In this document: positions 59,501 to 64,000 of the stretch, piece after piece
Layout of the letters: each line of letters begins with the position of its first letter
How positions within the stretch are numbered: the first letter of the stretch is position 1
NCBI GenBank assembly: GCA_036846145.1
Contig: DAIUCM010000002.1
Coordinates: 15,345-79,344, forward strand
DNA: 64,000 bases
DNA from: Bacteroidota bacterium
GTDB taxonomy: Bacteria > Bacteroidota > Bacteroidia > CAILMK01
Direction: 5' to 3'
The notes under the pieces: model-generated
What the model saw: only the letters and a program-made list of their open reading frames with translations
The model's database searches: none
Told to the model about the DNA's origin: nothing
Translations under genes and position numbers: made by a program

Positions 59501-60688
59501 GCCCAAAGCAAGCAGGGTAAAACCGTTCTTATTATTGAAGATGATGAGAATTTCGCCAGGATACTGGAAACCGAAGCGAAGCAAAATGGCTTTGTAACAG
59601 CGCATGCCACACGTGGCGATACGGGCCTGGCCGAAGCGCAGAAGCTGAATCCGGATGCGATAATTCTTGATATTTCTTTGCCGGTGATGGATGGCTGGGA
59701 AGTGATTCGCAGGCTGAAGGCAGATGAAAACCTGAAGCACATTCCTGTACATATTATGAGCGGCGGCGATAACCAGGAGCAAAGCTTGAAAGAAGGCGCC
59801 GTGGACTTTTTACAGAAGCCGGTAAGCAAGCAGGATATTGTGCATATTTTCGAAACCATTGCCAGCGAAACGGTATGGAACTTTAAGCGCGTGCTGATAG
59901 TGGAAGACAGTAAAACCCAGAACGAGGCCATAAAAGCGCTGCTGAATGGTTATGAGCTTGTTTGTCATTCGGCATTATCGGCGGCGGAAGCGTTTGCAGA
60001 GCTGAAAAAATTCAGCTTCGACCTGGCCATTTTCGATCTTAACCTGCCTGATGCAACAGGCGCAGAAATCATTAAGCAAATAAAAACCAATCCCGAGTGG
60101 GAACACATACAGATCATTGTTTATACCGGCAAAAACCTTCCGCAGGCAGAGTACGATGAGCTAATCCCATATTGTAACGCCATTATTCTTAAAACCGCAA
60201 AATCTTACGAGCGGCTATTGGATGAAACAACCCTGTTCCTGAGGAATTTAGAAAACCCCCATGCCAAAAATGTACATGTTATTAAGCGTAACAGCAGTGT
60301 GATACAGGATTCGCTGAAAGGGAAAAAAGTATTGCTTACAGATGATGATATGCGCAATGTTTTCGCGCTAACCAATGTACTGCAAAGCCATGATCTTGAA
60401 GTTATTATAGCCAATGACGGGCAGGAAGCGCTGGACAAACTGGCTGAACATAAAGATATAGATATTGTGCTGATGGATATAATGATGCCCGGAATGGATG
60501 GCTACACAACCATGCAGGAAATACGCAAAATGCCACAATATAAACAGTTGCCCATTGTAGCGCTCACCGCAAATGCCATGAAGGGCGACCGGGAAAAATG
60601 CATACAGGCCGGCGCATCCGATTATATTTCAAAACCGGTAGATACAGGCCGTTTACTATCATTAATGCGCGTCTGGTTATCGCGCTAA
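56561..60688 (+). CDS. hybrid sensor histidine kinase/response regulator: N-terminal polytopic membrane sensor, PAS x2, GAF, coiled coil, HisKA-HATPase, three receiver domains
   Basis: 1375 aa; H-box FLANMSHELRTPLN; HATPase G-boxes (DTGIGI, GGTGLGLSI); three REC domains with conserved D (ILDISLP, FDLNLPD, LMDIMMPGMDG) and K (LQKP, LKTA, ISKP). Confidence 0.85.
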   Translation: MKKNFWQRVSAIGVDPDLPDEINKKIILTNQVCFIGFTLLCIGLIDNILGVQVPLTGIIAGIMAGIAVTLFLNMSGYHTAARLLFIVMACANVILVDWKIGNETYNHVYYFTTLASTLILIRLKERRLMFFCIALFIATVCLLQFSDYSPFPRLAYRREELQFIRNSNIFVSLSLVSLYLYSVLRENENNEASLRRQKENTNAIIQASNDSIWLVDNDYKIISYNNKAKQSLQEEYNLIAEEGTDFIAVLEQNGLAQDAEKWRNYYQRALAGEKFVTEEYFYYSANKAYCEISFSPIKQDNIIKGVSVFAKNITDRKQAETTISELNNLQSAIINGTKSSIISLDLNGYITTFNKATEKISGFTAEEVIGKHTKTLFGISVQDEKENAGFISEKERTFSTKDGRLVNVSTNTTPLRNAQNETIGYLIISEDITEKKQVEERLKLIAENEKKRAWVANGVAQLNEHIRNYQQAPDALCKEALNFIANYLRASQAALYIRNSNEKQAMLNLKAAYALNIEKLQKHTFGFGEGLVGQAAVNKSPAIFTDLPQGYLKLESALGGAIPTLLFIVPLIFNDEVNGVAEFAFLNAPDDTQKEFAEKAMIALAATIDLISRKTKTENLLKQSQLLNEKLKQQEEELKVSNEELIEKGRQLEASQEELLKTNLQIAEKARLLQDQNDALESARDALKLKAEQLEVSSQYKSEFLANMSHELRTPLNSILILANLLSENTEQNLTEKQTEFAKVIQKSGADLLNLINDILDLSKIESRKIELEITPVDVAEITYDMEVLFRELAYEKQINFKVTLDPELPKTIHTDIMRVEQVLKNLLSNAFKFTDKNGTVELQVTTPGKNTSYKNEALYKDIPKIAFHVKDTGIGIAEDKQQYVFEAFRQADGSTSRKFGGTGLGLSISRELALILGGELQLESKPGVGSTFSLIIPAGNNTNAQPAPQTINREKTAASHIADAGKMLSEKTETPAPEQAQSKQGKTVLIIEDDENFARILETEAKQNGFVTAHATRGDTGLAEAQKLNPDAIILDISLPVMDGWEVIRRLKADENLKHIPVHIMSGGDNQEQSLKEGAVDFLQKPVSKQDIVHIFETIASETVWNFKRVLIVEDSKTQNEAIKALLNGYELVCHSALSAAEAFAELKKFSFDLAIFDLNLPDATGAEIIKQIKTNPEWEHIQIIVYTGKNLPQAEYDELIPYCNAIILKTAKSYERLLDETTLFLRNLENPHAKNVHVIKRNSSVIQDSLKGKKVLLTDDDMRNVFALTNVLQSHDLEVIIANDGQEALDKLAEHKDIDIVLMDIMMPGMDGYTTMQEIRKMPQYKQLPIVALTANAMKGDREKCIQAGASDYISKPVDTGRLLSLMRVWLSR

Positions 60689-60747
60689 AGCATTTTTAGC
60701 CATACGCATATATGCAGTTTTATTATTTAATGAAGGTATAAATTTTT

Positions 60748-61860
60748 ATGCAGCATAAAATATTATTGGTTGACGATCGACAGGAAAATCTCTTCTCGCT
60801 GGAGCAGATGCTGCAGCTGGATGGGCGAATTTTTTATCACGCTACTTCCGGTAACGATGCCTTAAAAATTGCCTTCAAGGAAGATATTTCGCTCATTTTG
60901 CTGGACGTCCAGATGCCGGAAATGGACGGATTTGAAACTGCCGAACTGCTGAAAATGAACGAAAAAACAGCCAGGATTCCTGTACTTTTTGTTACTGCTA
61001 TAAACAAAGACAGCAAGTACGTAGTGAGAGGTTTGCAGGGCGGCGCTGTAGATTACCTGTTTAAGCCATTAGATGTGGAAGTTACAAGATCTAAGGTGGC
61101 AACATTGCTCCAGTTTATGCAGCAACAGGTAGAGCTCGACAGTAAAAACAAACAGCTGAAGCAGCTAAACGAAGAAAAGAACAGGTTTATAGGCATGGCA
61201 GCGCACGATATCAGGAATCCTGCAGGAAATATAATGATGCTTGCCAGCTTTGTAGAGGAAGAAGCGGGCGAAAAGTTGTCTGAAGAAAGTAAGGAGTATT
61301 TACAGCTTATAAAGCAAAGTGCCGAGCAAATGCTTACACTGGTAAATAACCTGCTGGATATATCGCGCATTGAGGCCGGAAACCTGAACCTTAAATTACA
61401 GAAAACAGATGTTTGCGAGCAGATCAAGAGCATTGTTAAGCTTTTCCAGCTGCAGGCGAATCAGAAAAATATAGCCATTTCATTCAGTCCGCCAGCCGAT
61501 AAAGTAGAAATATATGCCGATGCAGCTTGTATAGGGCAGGTGTTGGGAAACCTTATCTCTAACGCTTTAAAATACTCGCATGGTAATACAAAAGTGGAAG
61601 TGTTACTGAAAAATACATCTGATAATTTAACCATTTCCGTAAAGGACGAAGGTCAGGGCATACCGGAACAGGAGCTGAATAAGCTGTTTAAATTTTTCTC
61701 CAGAACTGCCGTGCAAAGTACCGGCGGCGAGCTGAGCACAGGCTTAGGGCTGGCTATTTCGCGCAAGCTTATAGAAGCGCACAAAGGCAATATTTCTGTA
61801 GAAAGCACACCGGGAAAAGGCTCTACGTTTACATTCTCTATCCCTAAAAACCTGGTTTAA
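60748..61860 (+). CDS. response-regulator receiver fused to histidine kinase core (REC-HisKA-HATPase)
   Basis: 370 aa; REC (LLVDDRQEN...LLDVQMPEMDG...FKP); H-box FIGMAAHDIRNP; HATPase (DEGQGIPE, GLGLAIS). Confidence 0.8.
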   Translation: MQHKILLVDDRQENLFSLEQMLQLDGRIFYHATSGNDALKIAFKEDISLILLDVQMPEMDGFETAELLKMNEKTARIPVLFVTAINKDSKYVVRGLQGGAVDYLFKPLDVEVTRSKVATLLQFMQQQVELDSKNKQLKQLNEEKNRFIGMAAHDIRNPAGNIMMLASFVEEEAGEKLSEESKEYLQLIKQSAEQMLTLVNNLLDISRIEAGNLNLKLQKTDVCEQIKSIVKLFQLQANQKNIAISFSPPADKVEIYADAACIGQVLGNLISNALKYSHGNTKVEVLLKNTSDNLTISVKDEGQGIPEQELNKLFKFFSRTAVQSTGGELSTGLGLAISRKLIEAHKGNISVESTPGKGSTFTFSIPKNLV

Positions 61861-61977
61861 AAGCTAAAAAACACCAGGCTTCATAAATACTCCAATCAAA
61901 AAACAATTTGGTAAGATGCTGAATATCAATCAATAGTTTCACAAGACTGAAAGATACACAGGAAAATCAAAGTATTT

Positions 61978-62604
61978 CTATTGCTCTTGAATATTTAATA
62001 AGCGCATAAATCTTAAAAAGCAGCTTACGCCATTTTCAACAACCTGTTCCTCAGCAATATCAGTGGTAAATTTATAGCTCAGCTTCAGGAAATCTTTCTG
62101 TTGTATTTCTTCTTTTTCTTCAATAGTTAAATCTTTGAATAACTTATAATTACCAGGCTCATAATCATATTCCCAAAGCCTTTCGCCTGTGCTTATGTAC
62201 AAATCATCATCATGTTCCATATCACCCAGCTGTAAAAAATGCTTTAGTTTCTGCCATGGTTCGCCCTGTAAAAACAGGCTGTAGCTATAAAAATTTCCCC
62301 ACCAAAGCATGCTCCTGTAAAGGAAAATATCTGTGCCGATGATGAGCTTCGGGTAATCTAAAACCACGTATGGCAGGCCTTTATAATTTTCGCCTTTGCT
62401 TATTTTTGCGCCCCGTAAATCGGCATCCAAAGCATTTTCCAGCGCTTGTATATATGCATTTTCCAGCATTAAATTTTGCTGTAGCTGCGCGAAAAGCGCG
62501 TCAACTTTATCTATGGCATGGCGTTTGGCTATGAGGAAACTTGTATCCTGCAGTATCTGCTTTTCGTAAAGAGTGAATTTTATTGCGTTATTTTGCATAT
62601 TCAA
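61978..62604 (-). CDS. hypothetical protein
   Basis: 208-aa ORF divergent from lptF/G-like gene. Confidence 0.4.
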   Translation of the reverse strand: MNMQNNAIKFTLYEKQILQDTSFLIAKRHAIDKVDALFAQLQQNLMLENAYIQALENALDADLRGAKISKGENYKGLPYVVLDYPKLIIGTDIFLYRSMLWWGNFYSYSLFLQGEPWQKLKHFLQLGDMEHDDDLYISTGERLWEYDYEPGNYKLFKDLTIEEKEEIQQKDFLKLSYKFTTDIAEEQVVENGVSCFLRFMRLLNIQEQ

Positions 62605-62633
62605 AGTTAAAACAGTTTTCCGCTTAGGTATTT

Positions 62634-64000
62634 GTGAAGAAGATTTTTACATTAACTACTTTCTCGTTCATGGGGCCGTTTTCCGCTACGTTTTTCGTGG
62701 TGCTGTTTACGCTGCTCATACAGTTTCTGTGGAAGTATATTGATGACCTTGTTGGTAAAGGGCTGGAGTGGTACGTATTAATCGAGCTGTTGTTTTACGC
62801 TTCGGCATCTTTTGTTCCGCTGGCGCTGCCGCTTTCTATATTATTATCATCCATTATGAGCTTTGGCAAACTGGCCGAAACCTATGAGCTTGTAGCTCTG
62901 AAAAGTGCAGGCGTTTCGCTTTTGCGCATCATGGTTCCGCTCATTACAGTAATATTTGCCTTTTCTGTATTTGCCTTTTTCTTCTCCAATAATGTTATTC
63001 CGCGTGCCAATTTAAAATTCCATTCACTGTTGTGGGATATCCGCCAGCAAAGGCCGGCGCTTGATATTGAAGCCGGATATTTTTATGGCGGTATTGATAA
63101 TTACAGCATCCGCATACAGAAAAAAGATAAAAAGAGCTCCAAGATTGAAGGTGTAATTATTTACGACCATACGCGCAACCGCGGAAACGATATTGTAATG
63201 ACTGCCCAGAGCGGTGAAATGTACACCACCGACGATAAGCGCTGGCTGATGCTGAAATTATACGACGGCACGCGCTTTGAGGAAATGGAAGTACGTTCTG
63301 CCGGGCCACCCTCCTACCCTGCCAACAGGCTGAATTTCAAATCCTACGAGCTTAAGTTCGATCTTTCTACCTTTAACCTCAGCCGTACAAAGGAGGAGCT
63401 TTTTAAGGATAATTACCAGATGCTTAACATCAGCCAGCTGGAGTATTACCAGGATTCGCTTGGCAGGATAGTGAATAATAAGCGCAGGGAAGTGGTTGAT
63501 TATTCCAGGCCTTATTTCCAGTTTTACCGCGATACAGCCTATCATTACCACACAAATGTAGCGTATAACAAGCTTACAAAAGGGCAAAGTTTCCTGGCAT
63601 CCATACCTGTCCCCGATCGGTCAACCACTGTTTCGCGTGCTTTAAATACCGCCCGAACGCTGAAAGAAGTTGTGCGCGTACAAGGCGAAGATATTGCCAA
63701 TTACGAAAAAATGCACCGCCGTTACCGTATGGAGTGGCATCGCAAATTCGCGCTTTCACTGGCCTGCTTAACGCTGTTTTTTATCGGTGCGCCGCTTGGC
63801 GCCATTATCCGCAAGGGTGGTTTGGGCATGCCTACAGTGGTAAGTATTATTATGTTTATGATATTTTACATGCTATCTATTATGGGCGAGCGCTCGGCGA
63901 AAGAAGGCGCTTTAACGCCATTTGTTGGTATGTGGATGCCTACATTTGTGCTGATGCCCATAGGATTTTACCTCACCTGGCGCGCAAATGTAGATAAGAT
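62634..64000 (+). CDS. LptF/LptG-family (YjgP/YjgQ) LPS export permease, 3'-partial (runs off window end); not present in the supplied ORF track
   Basis: Stop-free frame from GTG 62634 (or ATG 62670) to window end translating (M)KKIFTLTTFSFMGPFSATFFVVLFTLLIQFLWKYIDDLVGKGLEWYVLIELLFYASASFVPLALPLSILLSSIMSFGKLAETYELVALKSAGVSLLRIM... with periplasmic beta-jellyroll and C-terminal TM block (FALSLACLTLFFIGAPLGAII). Confidence 0.75.
   Translation, partial: MKKIFTLTTFSFMGPFSATFFVVLFTLLIQFLWKYIDDLVGKGLEWYVLIELLFYASASFVPLALPLSILLSSIMSFGKLAETYELVALKSAGVSLLRIMVPLITVIFAFSVFAFFFSNNVIPRANLKFHSLLWDIRQQRPALDIEAGYFYGGIDNYSIRIQKKDKKSSKIEGVIIYDHTRNRGNDIVMTAQSGEMYTTDDKRWLMLKLYDGTRFEEMEVRSAGPPSYPANRLNFKSYELKFDLSTFNLSRTKEELFKDNYQMLNISQLEYYQDSLGRIVNNKRREVVDYSRPYFQFYRDTAYHYHTNVAYNKLTKGQSFLASIPVPDRSTTVSRALNTARTLKEVVRVQGEDIANYEKMHRRYRMEWHRKFALSLACLTLFFIGAPLGAIIRKGGLGMPTVVSIIMFMIFYMLSIMGERSAKEGALTPFVGMWMPTFVLMPIGFYLTWRANVDK

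Noticed and set aside
58210-59931. Long minus-strand ORFs (301 aa and 270 aa) inside the hybrid kinase gene
   Set aside because: They are antisense to a confidently identified 1375-aa kinase and have low-complexity Ser/Cys/Phe-rich translations. These are frame artefacts of a GAA/AAA-rich sense strand.
62440-62470. GTATATATGCATTTTCC resembling the intergenic motif inside the 61978-62604 CDS
   Set aside because: It is a single partial match within coding sequence with no second arm at the right spacing, so it is likely chance.
1-64000. tRNA, rRNA, tmRNA, SRP RNA and CRISPR arrays
   Set aside because: No GTTCGAATC-type T-arm with matching acceptor stem was found. No rRNA-like stretches, no tmRNA tag reading frame, and no regularly spaced direct repeats were found. 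The repeats present are inverted or dispersed.

Overview
This 64-kb window is a Bacteroidota-type chromosomal segment of roughly 42% GC, possibly Chitinophagia or Sphingobacteriia. It is dense in T9SS C-terminal sorting domains, both type A (Por_Secre_tail) and type B (gliding-motility CTD). I call about 58 CDS.

Housekeeping genes:
- polA
- tatC-rpiB
- a LutB-like Fe-S oxidoreductase
- a PBP4 (DacB) peptidase
- an isocitrate-dehydrogenase-family gene with a divergent LysR regulator
- an SbtA-like permease
- pstSCAB-phoU, flanked by two OprO/P-like porins
- a partial LptF/G gene at the 3' end

Cell-surface and secretion genes:
- two large PKD-repeat type-B CTD proteins
- three type-A CTD cargos, including an S8 peptidase
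- a TonB-dependent receptor coupled to a YncE-like beta-propeller lipoprotein
- three tandem TonB-C-domain paralogs
- an FGE/SUMF1-family protein
- a very large hybrid sensor kinase with three receiver domains, followed by a REC-HK protein

Damaged genes:
- a frameshifted rhomboid protease gene
- a 3' remnant of an ADP-ribosylglycohydrolase gene

No rRNA, tRNA or CRISPR array was found.

The most unusual content is non-coding:
1. A dyad-symmetric tripartite motif, AAGCATTTTT-N9-CATATATG-N9-AAAAATGCTT, occurs in full or half form in about 30 intergenic regions. It is also carried inside several repeat elements and overlaps some predicted start codons.
2. A REP-associated tyrosine transposase (RAYT) lies between about 125-bp inverted REP arrays, a REPtron-like arrangement. 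Related REP hairpins are dispersed elsewhere in the window.
3. A second MITE-like family has 25-bp terminal inverted repeats, GTAGAGACGACATGCCTGGCGTCTC.
4. A duplicated roughly 160-180-bp element contains a perfect 33-bp palindrome and is a candidate sRNA.
5. A 740-bp repeat-packed region sits upstream of pstS.
6. The pstA-pstB junction carries a repeat insertion.
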